The position numbers and the translations under genes were made by a program. A DNA stretch of 63,770 nucleotides, the filler included, from Octopus bimaculoides (Eukaryota), in the NCBI RefSeq assembly GCF_001194135.2. It is 6 parts of 6 records of this genome, joined end to end, with 100 filler letters (N's around TTAATTAATTAA, not from the genome) between each part and the next. Parts side by side here need not be neighbours in the genome. Positions count along the whole stretch, not along the records: positions 7,899 to 13,921 come from NC_069001.1; positions 14,022 to 23,921 come from NC_068983.1; positions 24,022 to 39,661 come from NC_068986.1; 3 more parts are not named here. One strand, 5' to 3'. The number at the start of each line of letters is the position of its first letter. Within the stretch, counting starts at the first letter, position 1. Below, piece after piece: positions 12,781-24,880 of this stretch. Under the pieces are notes generated by a model. It was not told where the DNA came from. It saw only the letters and a list, made by a program, of their open reading frames with translations, and made no database searches.

Positions 12781-12868
12781 GATGCAAGTATACATACATA
12801 TATATATATACGCATCTACATGTATATTGTACATATACATGTATGCATGTGTCTGTATGTCTACATAT

Positions 12869-12920
<52 letters not shown>

Positions 12921-13473
12921 ATATACATGTGTATATGNNNNNNNNNNNNNNNNNNNNNNNNNNNNNNNNNNNNNNNNNNNNNNNNNNNNNNNNNNNNNNN
13001 NNNNNNNNNNNNNNNNNNNNNNNNNNNNNNNNNNNNNNNNNNNNNNNNNNNNNNNNNNNNNNNNNNNNNNNNNNNNNNNNNNNNNNNNNNNNNNNNNNNN
13101 NNNNNNNNNNNNNNNNNNNNNNNNNNNNNNNNNNNNNNNNNNNNNNNNNNNNNNNNNNNNNNNNNNNNNNNNNNNNNNNNNNNNNNNNNNNNNNNNNNNN
13201 NNNNNNNNNNNNNNNNNNNNNNNNNNNNNNNNNNNNNNNNNNNNNNNNNNNNNNNNNNNNNNNNNNNNNNNNNNNNNNNNNNNNNNNNNNNNNNNNNNNN
13301 NNNNNNNNNNNNNNNNNNNNNNNNNNNNNNNNNNNNNNNNNNNNNNNNNNNNNNNNNNNNNNNNNNNNNNNNNNNNNNNNNNNNNNNNNNNNNNNNNNNN
13401 NNNNNNNNNNNNNNNNNNNNNNNNNNNNNNNNNNNNNNNNNNNNNNNNNNNNNNNNNNNNNNNNNNNNNNNNN

Positions 13474-13532
<59 letters not shown>

Positions 13533-13827
13533 TTTTTATACACACAGACACACATGCATGCAACATGAACATGTCTATGGGTGTGTATATGTATATGTAA
13601 CAAGTACATAATATGAACTTATACATACATATACATACATGTATGTATGTATGTATGTAGGTATGTGCACAAATGTGTATACATGTGTATGTGTATGTGT
13701 ATTTAGAAAGATATACGCAAAGCACAAACAAAATATTGGCAAACATTACAAGCAAAACAAACAAAGAACAAAGACATGAGGAACAAACATTTCCTGTTTC
13801 CCCACACCAACCTTCATATGATACATA

Positions 13828-13909
<82 letters not shown>

Positions 13910-14735
13910 AATATATATATANNNNNNNNNNNNNNNNNNNNNNNNNNNNNNNNNNNNNNNNNNNNTTAATTAATTAANNNNNNNNNNNNNNNNNNNNNNN
14001 NNNNNNNNNNNNNNNNNNNNNATATATATATATATATAAATCATCATTTAACATCCACTTTCCATGCTGGCATGGGTTGACCGGTTTGACTGAAAACTAG
14101 TAAATGTTTTGCTTAAAAACACAATATACCAGCCAGACTGGGAATTGAAACCATCATCCTAAGATCAGGAGCTCCATATTCTATTGACTAATCCACATGC
14201 CTTCACATACACACAACAGGCTTTGGCACATTTTCCAGCCACAAACGCATTCATGTATCTACTCACCTTCCATTACAAGAATCACATTTCTGCATCCACA
14301 TCACTCGCATAGACAAGTGTCACATCCCAATCTGAGCCAATGTGAAAATTCCTCCACCTTGATTCCAAAGCCATTAACTTGTACCCACAGACTCAACACT
14401 GAAACTGCAACCAATGCTGGTTGTTCTGACAAACCTCTCACAAAAAGGAAACAAGAAAAACACTCAAAATTTTTAACAATTTTTTTTTCAGAAATACATA
14501 AACAAAATAAGTTATCATTAGCACCGTTACATTTGTTTGTTCCACATTCCAGAAGATGGAAGTTGTGATAATTGGCAATGGAAGCAACTTATTTACACAC
14601 CTTCCACTACAAAATCATTTTCGTACATCCACATCACTCACATAGACAATTGTTGCATCCCAAACAACTCCCAAATAATGCCTTCCACTTTTTTGATTGA
14701 CATCTGGGCAATGTTTTACAATTTTTTCCCCATAC

Positions 14736-15557
14736 TCAGCAATATTTTTCTGTGATAATGCTGTGAATTACTTTTGTGTTATTCAATACCAAAGTCTCGT
14801 TCCAAGAACCATCCTTCAGTTGTTTGCGTTGCACAAATGCATAACGTGTTAGGAGATCTTTACATGGTACTTTCACCCATTTAAAAAAAGGCAGTGGTTT
14901 CTCATTCTTATGTGAGTAACTGCTGGCCACACATTCTTCTGGGTCATAACCATTCATGCAAAATTCAATATTACATGGAGCATTCACCATTAAATGGTTG
15001 AATGGACGCTTTCGCAATGGAAAGAGCTTCTTTTTAAGAAATGTGAAAGTCTTTGCAGAGCTTGGAACCTCATCCCAGATATGAGTCTTGTTTTCGAGGA
15101 AGAAAAACATGTCAAGAAAAGGCCATCGGTGGTGATAATTTAACAAGTTGTTCATTTTGGTATAATAGAATTTCCAATGTCCAGTTTCAGGAATGTCCAA
15201 CTCATACAATGGTGAACTCTTTCTTAGAGCTTTCTTTATTACCTCTTTCTCTGAACTGTTCATCATGATATCAATATCATCGTCCCAGGGTATGAGACCA
15301 TGATGGCGATACGTACCCAACAGGCTACCACTGTATAGGAAATAGGACAAGTTTGCTGCATCCATTGACTTCATGAATTCTTGCAGTGTGTTTAGCAACA
15401 AGCGCCGCTCCGGTACCGTTATCCGAGCATAGTACTGCTTGTGTGCAAAACTCACATGGTAGAAGTACATCATATAAAGCATGGTAGAGAAGATTAAAAA
15501 AAAAAGGAGAATCTTGTAAATGTTTCGGGGTGTTAGACCAGTACGCCACACCGTCAT
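14736..15557 (-). CDS. LicD/fukutin(FKRP)-family phosphoryl-ligand transferase (nucleotidyltransferase fold); type II membrane protein, 273 aa, intronless CDS
   Basis: Uninterrupted ORF from ATG at 15557 to TGA at 14736. It has a signal-anchor helix (IYKILLFFLIFSTMLYMMYFY), the LicD motif YFLYSGSLLGTYRHHGLIPWDDDIDI, then WPFLDMF and FPLRKRPF, and five N-x-S/T sequons. A splice acceptor lies 15 nt upstream of the ATG. Confidence 0.92.
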   Translation of the reverse strand: MTVWRTGLTPRNIYKILLFFLIFSTMLYMMYFYHVSFAHKQYYARITVPERRLLLNTLQEFMKSMDAANLSYFLYSGSLLGTYRHHGLIPWDDDIDIMMNSSEKEVIKKALRKSSPLYELDIPETGHWKFYYTKMNNLLNYHHRWPFLDMFFFLENKTHIWDEVPSSAKTFTFLKKKLFPLRKRPFNHLMVNAPCNIEFCMNGYDPEECVASSYSHKNEKPLPFFKWVKVPCKDLLTRYAFVQRKQLKDGSWNETLVLNNTKVIHSIITEKYC

Positions 15558-15572
15558 CACAATTGTTCTTGT

Positions 15573-15596
15573 CTGGAAAAAACGAAAAGGACAACA
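15573..15596 (-). promoter_or_regulatory. 3' splice acceptor preceding the LicD coding exon
   Basis: The minus strand reads TGTTGTCCTTTTCGTTTTTTCCAG|ACAAGAACAATTGTGATG. The exon would start at 15572, in frame with the ATG and with no intervening stop. Confidence 0.7.
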
Positions 15597-15724
15597 GATC
15601 AGAACAGGTAATAAATATCAACATAACTTATAAACATTAGGGTAATTGCTATCTTAATTAACAATCTTATTTGCTATTAAATTTATCATTTTTAATTGAA
15701 ATATCATCTCTGTTTTCAAAATCT

Positions 15725-16085
15725 GTGTATTTAATTCATCATGCGACTGTGGCCATGCTGGGGCATCACCTTGAAGAATTCAAGTCAAATGTATCGGTTC
15801 CAGTATTTATATCCTTTTAAACCTGATACTTTATTGCTCCTTTTGTCTAACTGCTAAGTTACATAACCACACCAATTGTCAAGCAGTGGTGGGGGACAAA
15901 CACAGACACACACACATGTATATACGACACGCTTCTCTCAGTTTTCATATATCAAATTCTCTCACAAGGCTTTGGTTAGCTCAAAGCTCTAGTAGAAGAC
16001 ACTTGCCCAAAGTGCCATGCAGTAGGATTGAACCAAGAACCATGTGGTTCAGAAACAAACTTCTTACCACACAGCGGTACCTGCA
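15725..16085 (-). mobile_element. Full-length bipartite SINE: head B, (CA/TA) linker, body/tail C
   Basis: On the + strand the tail part (…CATGCGACTGTGGCCATGCTGGGGCATCACC…GGGGGACAAAC), then ACACACAC, then the head B reverse complement. The same order is seen at 38862-39325 and 58495-58835. Confidence 0.75.
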
Positions 16086-16089
16086 ATTT

Positions 16090-16800
16090 CTTCAAGTGGG
16101 TTTTTATTGTTAGCGACAACCATATCTAAGAAAACATACGCACAAACTACCAAACAATTTAGATTTAATGTAATAAAGCTGGGTGATTATAATGTATTTA
16201 ATTCAGAAAACTTAATTAAACAAAATAGCTGTTGCAGTGATTGTAAGGCAACATCTAAAGAGATTATTGAGAAGTGTGTAGGGAGAGATTAACAGCCTAA
16301 TTTCTCTGATTGATGTTAAAAACAAAGAGGTGTGGAACTGTATTTACAAGAGATCATTGAGAAATAAGTGTAAGTTTAAAACCTAGTCTCTTATGTAAGA
16401 GATCTGTAATCTGGTTTAATACACCATTCAGATTAAATTTAGCAACTAATAGAGTTGCAGAATTTTTTTAAAGCCTTGGATAAACATTTACCACCATCTA
16501 TCCCATATAGGAAGATATTTAATAAGCAATCGGTTAAACTAGCCTATTTCACATCACCTAATGTTGCTCAGTGCATAGCTAGATTCAACAGGAAATTGTA
16601 GAGTCTATCCTCTTTTCTTAGAACACCTAGATTGAATAATAGCATCAACTCACCTGGATCTAATATTCATCTTAACCCAACTGAAAGTGGTAACCGTTTT
16701 TTTTTATCTAATTAAGTGAATAATCTCTGTAATTGTAGAAATAAATGCCAGAGCCCCCACCCATGCCACAGGATCTCTGTAGTAATGTTACTCAACCAGG
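16090..16800 (+). mobile_element. Penelope-like element fragment: RT C-terminus to start of the GIY-YIG region
   Basis: SVIWFNTPFRLNLATNRVAEFFKALDKHLPPSIPYRKIFNKQSVKLAY...NVA, then LCNCRNKCQ. This matches the PLE 'WFNPPF...KIFNRNTVKLSYSC' block and the cysteine cluster before the endonuclease. Confidence 0.75.
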
Positions 16801-16839
16801 TACAGAGGTCAGGGAGTCCCAGTCGAGCCCCTACTTCTC

Positions 16840-17000
16840 TGCATCAAGAGGTCACAACTCTGGTACTACAGACACATAATTAGAATGTCGCAAGAATTGC
16901 AAGAGAGATTCTTCAAGTTGAGCCAACTGGCAGGAAACTTAATGGTAGACCAACAACATTAAGGATGGATATAAATCCATTAGTTTCAGTGGGTCATCCA
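16840..17000 (+). mobile_element. RTE-like LINE ORF C-terminal relic
   Basis: LWYYRHIIRM and, frameshifted, RIAREILQVEPTGRKLNGRPTT resemble the RTE C-terminus 'WxGHVxRM...GxRxRGRP'. Confidence 0.5.
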
Positions 17001-17234
17001 ACTAGGAAGTGTAAGGATGGTTGCTTTTGACAGGACCTTATGGGAGAGAAAAAGTGTGTTGTTCCATGCCATAAACTATGGTAATTTGAAAGCAAAAATG
17101 AAAGAGAAAATGGAAAGAAAGAATAAGACAGAATGGAAGAGATAGAAAGGAATGGTCCATTCAAAGAACAGTTATATTAGAAGTTCCAAAAGTGTAAGCA
17201 TCTGAGCCCATTGTAGTTTCAGATTGTTGTTGAG

Positions 17235-17483
17235 CGTGCTGGTGGCACGTACCATCCGATTGTGGTTGATGCCAGCCTCCTCTGGCCCCTGTGCTGGTGG
17301 CATGTAAAAAAATGCACCCACTACACTCTCGGAGTAGTTGGTGCTAGGAAGGGCATCCAGCTGTAGAAACTTTGCCAGATCGGATTGGAGCCTGGTGCAG
17401 CCTTCTGGTTCACTAGCCCTCAGTCAAACCATCTAACCCATGCCAGCATGGAAAGCGGACAGTAAATGACGATGATGATGATG
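17235..17483 (+). mobile_element. Repeat family 'A' (RTE-like LINE 3' end or derived SINE)
   Basis: GTGCTGGTGGC repeats, AGGAAGGGCATCCAGCTGTAGAAAC, CCCATGCCAGCATGGAAAGCGGAC and a (GAT)n tail. Confidence 0.8.
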
Positions 17484-17654
17484 AAAACTAGAGGGTCTCA
17501 GCAGAATATGGATGCTTTTTCAATGCACCTGATGTCATCAGAATTGGAGAGGCACGTGACAAAAACAACATCATGCTCAGGTGCAAAGATAACGCTGTAA
17601 AAAATACGAGACAAAGAGCCTATGATGCAATCCAAATTCCTCTTCTACATCATT

Positions 17655-18010
17655 ATCCTCATCATCATTTAATGTCCATTGTCCGTGCTGGCATGGATTG
17701 GACAGTTTGACTGGGTTGGCACACTGGAAGGCTGCACCAGACCCCAGTCTGCTTTGGCACGGTTTTCTATGGCTGGATGCCCTTCCTAACGCCAACCACT
17801 CCGAGACTAATGGGTGCTTTTACATGCCACAGGCACAAGTGCCATTTGCGTGACACCGGGGTGCATTTACATGTTACCGGCACAGGTGCCAATTTGTGTG
17901 ACACTGGTATCTGCAACAACTGCAATTTTGCTCAGCTTGATGGGTTTTCTTCTCAAGCACGACATAATGCCAAAGGTGTTGGTCATTGCCTTCGTGGGTA
18001 AAGATGAATA
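17655..18010 (-). mobile_element. Repeat family 'A', longer copy reaching a possible LINE ORF end
   Basis: Reverse complement of family A. Its 5' part translates DQHLWHYVVLEKKTHQAE, similar to the RTE 'DRxxWR' terminus. Confidence 0.7.
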
Positions 18011-18825
18011 TCACTTTGGAATACCAGAGGCCAGATCCCATTTCAAAATCTGTCTCCTGCATGGGCTTCTATACCTGTCACCTCAGGGTTTGAATCAATT
18101 AGCTGCACACGTTGAAGTCAAACCATGTTCTACTAGTTTGCAGTGGACAGGTTTGTTAAGATGCAACCTCAGAGATGGTTTTACACTAGAACTCATCAAA
18201 AAAGACACAAGAACAGACTCTGATATATGTTTACAGGTGACAATAATGATGCAACTCTACAAGAGCTTTGTATTCTCCCCTCAATTTTTATTTGAAGGGT
18301 GCACTCAATACATGCACAAATACAGGACAAACATGCAAATCCTTACTTTCACTAGCAGCATGACACAGAGAGAAATTCAGGGGTAGGGTTCTTTCCAGTC
18401 CAAAAATACAGACTTTTCCTCTGAAAAGATTAAGAATTTGATAGGAGTCAAATATTTGAATTGGTCAGGGTTTCACATGATTACCAGAGAATNNNNNNNN
18501 NNNNNNNNNNNNNNNNNNNNNNNNNNNNNNNNNNNNNNNNNNNNNNNNNNNNNNNNNNNNNNNNNNNNNNNNNNNNNNNNNNNNNNNNNNNNNNNNNNNN
18601 NNNNNNNNNNNNNNNNNNNATGAAAGTCAAAAACTGAAGGAGTTGAAGGGATTAGATCTTGGATTCTGAATCAGGAACTGAAACCTCAGTCTGAATGTTT
18701 CTGCAAGCTTCTCTTCCAAAGTTCTCAGAGTTTGCACTCAGAAATCTATGAGAGCCAGCTGTCAACTTCTTCAGCATTCAATTCAGTTAAACTATTCATT
18801 CGGTTTTAATGCAAAAAACACCATT

Positions 18826-19017
18826 TGAGCGTGGCCGTTGCCAGTACCGCCTGACTGGCCCTTGTGCTGGTGGCATGTAAAAGCACCCACTACACTCTCT
18901 GAGTGGTTGGCGTTAGGAAGGGCATCCAGCTGTAGAAACTCTGCCAGTCCTCAGTCAAACCGTCCAACCCATGCCAGCATGGAAGGCGGACGTTAAGCGA
19001 TGATGATAATGATGATG
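18826..19017 (+). mobile_element. Repeat family 'A'
   Basis: Same consensus, with a GATGATGATAATGATGATG tail. Confidence 0.8.
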
Positions 19018-19429
19018 ACCCTCTTTTACCTTTTGAACAGGTACAAATTCAAATTCCCTCCAAGTTTATTTTGAGCAGTTCCTTCTTTGTTCTTAGAAAG
19101 TTCATCTCTGTCACTTTCTAGCACCTACTTTTCTGGTGCACGACCTTTACAATTTTTGTGTACTTTTGTTTATTATACATTTAACTTGAAGTGTGAAAGA
19201 CAAATAGTGATAGCTGAATAAAATCTATGGTAAATGAGGTTTTCCTTTGTTTATTTTAGTACCTACCTTACAGTCCCACACAGTTTTTATTCAACTATTA
19301 TCAATATCAATCACCTCTATGACCTATAAACAAAAGAACTGTGCTAACCTGTTTTGATTGGAGACTATGAAATGAACCAAGCATTCTACTAGTACTCTAA
19401 TCTATTTATCTCAAAACCCATCAATAGAA

Positions 19430-22130
19430 ATGGCAGTTACTCAGGTAGCAATTACTTTAAAGCTACCACCATTCTAGTCGCATGACCCAGCATTGTGATT
19501 TGCACATATCAAACCTCAGTTTGCTTTGAACCAGAATTGTCAGCAAAGCAGCCTGCCTAATACTTCCACCAGATGTCACAAGAGAAGTGAGAGGTTTGAT
19601 AATGGCTCCACCCTTCTGTCTCATTTGACATGTTTTGCAAGGAACTGATCAAATGGACTACCATCTTACAGTAAAAACAACTCCACCAACTAATAGTGGA
19701 AGAACTTGCTGATAAGAAATCACCGCAGTTCTTGTGATGGATGAAACAACTGCTGGGAGAACTTACACTTCCAGACAAAATATTCAATCAACTATTCCTG
19801 ACGTATCTGCCCTCCAGTCCACAAGTCATCTTTGCACCCACCAATGCATCTGCCTCTTTCGAAGTGTTCGCTGAACTAACAAATAAAATAGCAGAGACGG
19901 AAACCTGAGTTTTGATCATGGCTCAGGTGATACCAGCCAGATCTTCCACAAATCCTTAGTTCTGCCTCTAATAACTTAAAAATTGCAAAACTGCAATCCA
20001 TAATGAAACAAGCAAACTGTGCAAATTAAGGTACTTTTCATAAACACAAGCTTTGTCATTTCACAGCCCACTTTCACTCAACAGAAGTCTGTTACGGCAT
20101 TTTATTCGCCAGCATTATGCGTCAACCATAAATTTGGTAAGTACTCTTGCAACTCTAAGTCACCCTGTTCTTTTTCTGGTGATACTTGCTCCCTTCTGGG
20201 AAACAAAGCAACCAACATTTAAAGGCAGTAAATATGCCTGGCGCCAGAAAATCAAATCAACTTTTCTTTGTTCATCATTGATCAATAGGTACTTGTTTCT
20301 TGATTGGTGCAGATGCAACAGTTAGCATCATTCTAGTCTCCATAACACCATTTAACAGAAAAACCTACACCATTTCCCCTGCGAGCAATCATCCATTCAC
20401 TCATTCCAACGTCCAGTGAACAGTCTCTTACTCTCGACTTAGGCTTCTGTTATGTTTTCAATCGGATTTTATCGTTGTTAAATTGCTGACTCCTATTCAA
20501 GAGCTAATTTCCTTCAACCTCTTAGTAGATGTTAAACCTGAATTGAAACACATGCTAGCCCTTGGAAACATTGTCGTCCAGTAGCAATGGGTCATAATTA
20601 ATGCATTTGGTCCTGAGGAAAACAGCAGACAACTGGCACCCTTGCAGGGGCTACCATACACTCACCAACTGCAGAGTCTTATGCCTACCCTATCCCTTAC
20701 TTGCAGGATCCCTTAGCTTACTTCATGGAGCTTATAGATTTTTGAAAATTGATCTTGTGAAAGCATATAATCAAATCTTTGTTAAGCCATCAGATATTTT
20801 AACACACAGCAATCACTATATCTATCATCACCATTGTTTAACGTCTGCTTTTCATGCTGGCATGGGTTGGACGGTTTGACTGGGGATTGGCAAGCCAGAA
20901 GGCTACACTAGGCTTCAATCTAATTTGGCAAGGTTTCTATAGCTGGATGCCCTTCTACTCTCGGATGCCAACCACTCCAGGAGTGTAGTGGGTGCCTTTT
21001 ATGTACCAACAGCACGAGGGTCAGTCAGGCAGTACTGGCATCGACCACACTCAAATGGTGCATTTTACGCACCATTGGCACAGGAGCCAGTCAGGCGGCA
21101 CTGGCAACAACCACACCCGAATGGTGCTTTTTACGTACCGGTCAGGCAGTACTGGCATCTTAGATACCTTTTGGCCAATTGCAGAGATACTCCAATGATC
21201 CATCAACACCGTGACACACGGTTTACCTTTTGTCTTTGATTATATTGATGATTTACAAATAACAAAGAATTCTGAAGAACATGAAAAACTTTAGCCTCTG
21301 CTTTTCTATTGATTGACAGAATAATATTATTATTAACCCCAGCAAGTGTGCATTTGGAATAACACCTTTACCATAACTCATTTACATCATTGATTAAGGA
21401 AGGAATCTGCCCACTCTGCAAGTCCATTGCAGATTCTCCAGCATCTACATCACTGCAAAGACGGCATTAATTTCTGAGAATGATAAAGTTTTTATAGACA
21501 ATTTCTTCCTAACTGTAGAAGTGGTTCAACCATTCACAGACCTTCTTCAGCACCAAACAAAGAAAAACCAGCCAATAGCCCTAAACGAAAACAAGTTTTG
21601 CTCTTTTGCTAAACTGAGACACGTTGGATGTTGGATTATCCAAAACCTGGTGCTCCTCTTTGATTGTTGGTTGATGTATTCAATGTCAAAGTTGGAGGTG
21701 TGCTACAGCAATTGGAAACATTCGGCAACCAGCCAAATCTAAACACAGCACTTTCGGATGGAAATTATTGGCAGCATACCTGACTGTCAAACATTTCCAA
21801 CACACGTTAGAAGGTTCTGTTTTCACCCTCTATATTAACCACAGACCACCTGTGAATGCATTTAACACAAAGCCCAGTTACCTCTCACCCTCTCAACTTT
21901 ATATACCATAGATCTATGTCAAACATCAATGGTTTGACCAACTCAACAGCTGATGTGCTTTCTTGCTTACAATTTAATGCAGTACACACCATTGATTGCT
22001 TCTATTGATTTTCAATAAATTGCAGCTGTCCAGGAGAATGATGAAGAGCTTGTAAAGCTTTGGAATTTACTGTCCTTGAAATTCCAGCCGGTTCCCTACC
22101 ATCTTCGACAGGTCATTCAGCAATTTCCAC
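19430..22130 (+). mobile_element. Decayed Ty3/Gypsy LTR-retrotransposon gag-pol
   Basis: gag-like MAVTQVAITLKLPPF*SHDPAL*F, LPPDVTREVRGLIMAP and EELADKKSPQFL. RT-like KIDLVKAYNQI and GLPFVFDYIDDL (YIDD at 21241-21252). RNase H-like VGGVLQQ and LLAAYLTVKHFQHTLEGSVFTLYINH. There are many stops and frameshifts, and no LTRs were recognised. Confidence 0.85.
20823..21155 (-). mobile_element. Repeat family 'A' inserted into the Gypsy RT
   Basis: The family A reverse complement interrupts the RT between the 'TAIT' and 'PFG'-equivalent motifs. Confidence 0.8.
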
Positions 22131-22720
22131 AAATAATTTTTATTTATTTATTTTCTTCTTTTCATGTCCCGTTGAAAGTGGCATTTGCCTTTGAAGTCCG
22201 CGAAGGAGGTGAAAAGGAAAACCCATGCTAGCGCACTTACTCACATACATGAATTTTTAAAATGCAAAACGATTTTCAAAACATTGAGAAAAAAAAAATG
22301 GTGGCGTGAGTGAGAAACGAACCCCAGCTATTGACCGGTACAGAGGGTACGTACACTTACATATGCACAAACATATATAAACACATAAATACGCACTCAC
22401 ACACATCTGTACATACACACGCAAATTTGCATACATAGATAGACACACACACACACACATTCTTTCGCTTGAACTCGCACACTTCGTTAATTTCCGTAAA
22501 ATTGTTTGTATTTATTTACTTTTTGCGCACCGCGTTCAGCTCTATGTATTTGTAGACAGTCACCCCACACACACGTCTGTATACATTTATGTATGTGTGT
22601 TTGAGAGAGAGAGAGTGAAGGAGTGTGTTGTCATGTATACGTACGTACTTAAATACATTTTTTTTGTAAGTATGTGTGCGTGTGTGAATGTGAGAAAGAC
22701 GGAGTGATGTCTAAGTGCCA

Positions 22721-22760
<40 letters not shown>

Positions 22761-23384
22761 TCCATTTCATATAAGCGTACATATATCTCTCACTTTAAAA
22801 TAAAAATAAATAAATAAAATAATAATAATAACGCTAATAATAGAAACAACAAACGTTAATAACACGTGCTAATGAGTGGGAAGCAATTATGTGGATACTC
22901 CACATGCCAGAAATAGCAGCCAAATATCTTTAATATTACACAATATAGACTTTCACAACCAGTCTTTCACACGACGGGATGGCCACAATTAGTGGTCTTG
23001 TATTCTGGGGGCAGACATAGAGTTGAAATGCAATCACATGCTTTTTATGCCTTTGTGTAGGGCAGAGTATCTATGAACTGTGTCTATGAATAGTCAAAGA
23101 AGTGTGTCAACGAATTTCTGGCTCTTGTCATTTAGAAACTGCCAAGCTGTCTGACACCGCCCTTAGTTTTACAATTCAAATTTCTAGTTACAAAATGATT
23201 TAAGTGAAAATCTTCCATCGAAATTTCATAGTATTTATGCTCCAAACAGCAGCAGCCTAATAATGTTAAAAGTTATTTTACTAATTCCTCATTATTTTCA
23301 AAAGTAATCAAAACGAAAGCCATGTGTTTAAAAAGAAATATGATCAGGAAAGGGTCAATGAGTTACATTCTCCTTCTAATTTAC

Positions 23385-23590
23385 TGGATACTCTTCTACT
23401 TGTTTCAGTCACTTGACTGTAGCCATGCTGGAGCACCACCTTTAGTCGAGCAAATCGACCCCAGGACTTATTCTTGGGAAGCCTGGTACTTATTCTATCG
23501 GTCTCTTTTACCGAACCGCTAAGTTACGGGGACGTAAACACACCAGCATCGGTTGTCAAGCGATGTTGGGGAGGACAAACACAGACACAA
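23385..23590 (-). mobile_element. SINE 3' half 'C'
   Basis: TTGTTTCAGTCACTTGACTGTAGCCATGCTGGAGCACCACC…GGTACTTATTCTATCGG…GGACAAAC followed by (TA)n. Confidence 0.8.
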
Positions 23591-23600
23591 ACACACACAC

Positions 23601-23631
<31 letters not shown>

Positions 23632-24149
23632 CATCAAAATTATCTCAATCTCTTCTCCGCTGACATACTACGACGAAGTCTCCAAGATGCAGATAAGATA
23701 GAGATTTTTATTTATTTACGGCCTCAAACATCTCATACCTTTCGCGCTTTAGTCTGCCCTCTATTATTTATCTTGTTTCTCTCCATGAAATTCAATTGAA
23801 TTCAGTTTTTGTCTTAAATTCATACTTATTCATTTTCTAAGCTTCCTAAATTCATGCTACGTATATATTCTGTTCACCTAGATTTCATTGCTCTTTTAAA
23901 AATTACGATTTATGCATTGTTNNNNNNNNNNNNNNNNNNNNNNNNNNNNNNNNNNNNNNNNNNNNTTAATTAATTAANNNNNNNNNNNNNNNNNNNNNNN
24001 NNNNNNNNNNNNNNNNNNNNNTGGGTGTTGGAGGATGAAGTAAGATTATTTGTTTTCCTGCAATATCTTTGTTCATTATTTATTCATTCATTCATGGTTT
24101 ACCACCTCAACAACTATATTTCCTATATAGATACAAAAAATAGTTTGTC

Positions 24150-24189
<40 letters not shown>

Positions 24190-24711
24190 TGGACTAGAAT
24201 GTTCCTTTTAAAAGAACGATAATAAAAAAGTTTAAAAAATGATGAAAATGTTAAAAGAAATTATTACTTTTATTCTTTGCCCGGGTGGTAGTAATTCATA
24301 GCAGCAACAGCAACAGCACAAAAGTTACAACTTGCTAATTTAGTTAGCAAAGATGTTATCCTGAGGTTTGGTAAGAATTTTTGAAAGATAATTGCAGAAT
24401 ACGGAATGGCCCTTCCTTTTCTGCAAGTCCACTATGTGAGTCTCTCAATTCTAATATCCCTCAGCATTTTAGGTGGTAGTTTTGGTGTTGCTTCAAATAC
24501 CACAAGAACACTTTTTACTTTTCTGTGTTCCTTTTCTTCATCTTTTTGACAAGATGGTTGCAGTCAGGTTTTTTCACTGAATTTGATGGTATCTAAGACA
24601 CACTTTTTTTTCTCCCCCAAAATGTTCCAAAAATCACTCAGAGTAATCTTTGAGACATATATGTTAAGTATACCCGACACTGATAATACATACTTGTATG
24701 TATTGTATGTA

Positions 24712-24880
24712 CACTCTCGGAGTGGTTGGCGTTAGGAAGGACATCCAGCTGTAGAAACTCTGCCAAATCAGATTGGAGCCTGGTGTAACCTCCTGGTCCA
24801 CCAGTCCTCAGTCAAATCGTCCAACCCATGCTAGCGTGGAAAGTGGTCGTTAAACGACGACGATGATGATGATGATGATG
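24712..24880 (+). mobile_element. Repeat family 'A', 3' end
   Basis: TACACTCTCGGAGTGGTTGGCGTTAGGAAGG…GTTAAACGACGACGATGATGATG. Confidence 0.8.

Noticed and set aside
12593-13764. Long ORFs of 200-370 'aa' here and at 29.2-30.0, 31.9-32.8, 33.3-34.4, 37.3-38.4 and 48.5-49.6 kb
   Set aside because: They consist of N gaps and translated (TA)n/(CA)n microsatellites.
14736-15557. Bacterial contamination or recent HGT as the source of the intronless LicD gene
   Set aside because: It has a eukaryotic signal anchor, N-glycosylation sequons and a splice acceptor, and it is contiguous with host SINEs. An ancient transfer is not excluded without a phylogeny.
17814-18386. 190-aa + strand ORF
   Set aside because: It starts inside the antisense strand of a family A repeat and shows no recognisable domain or splice support.
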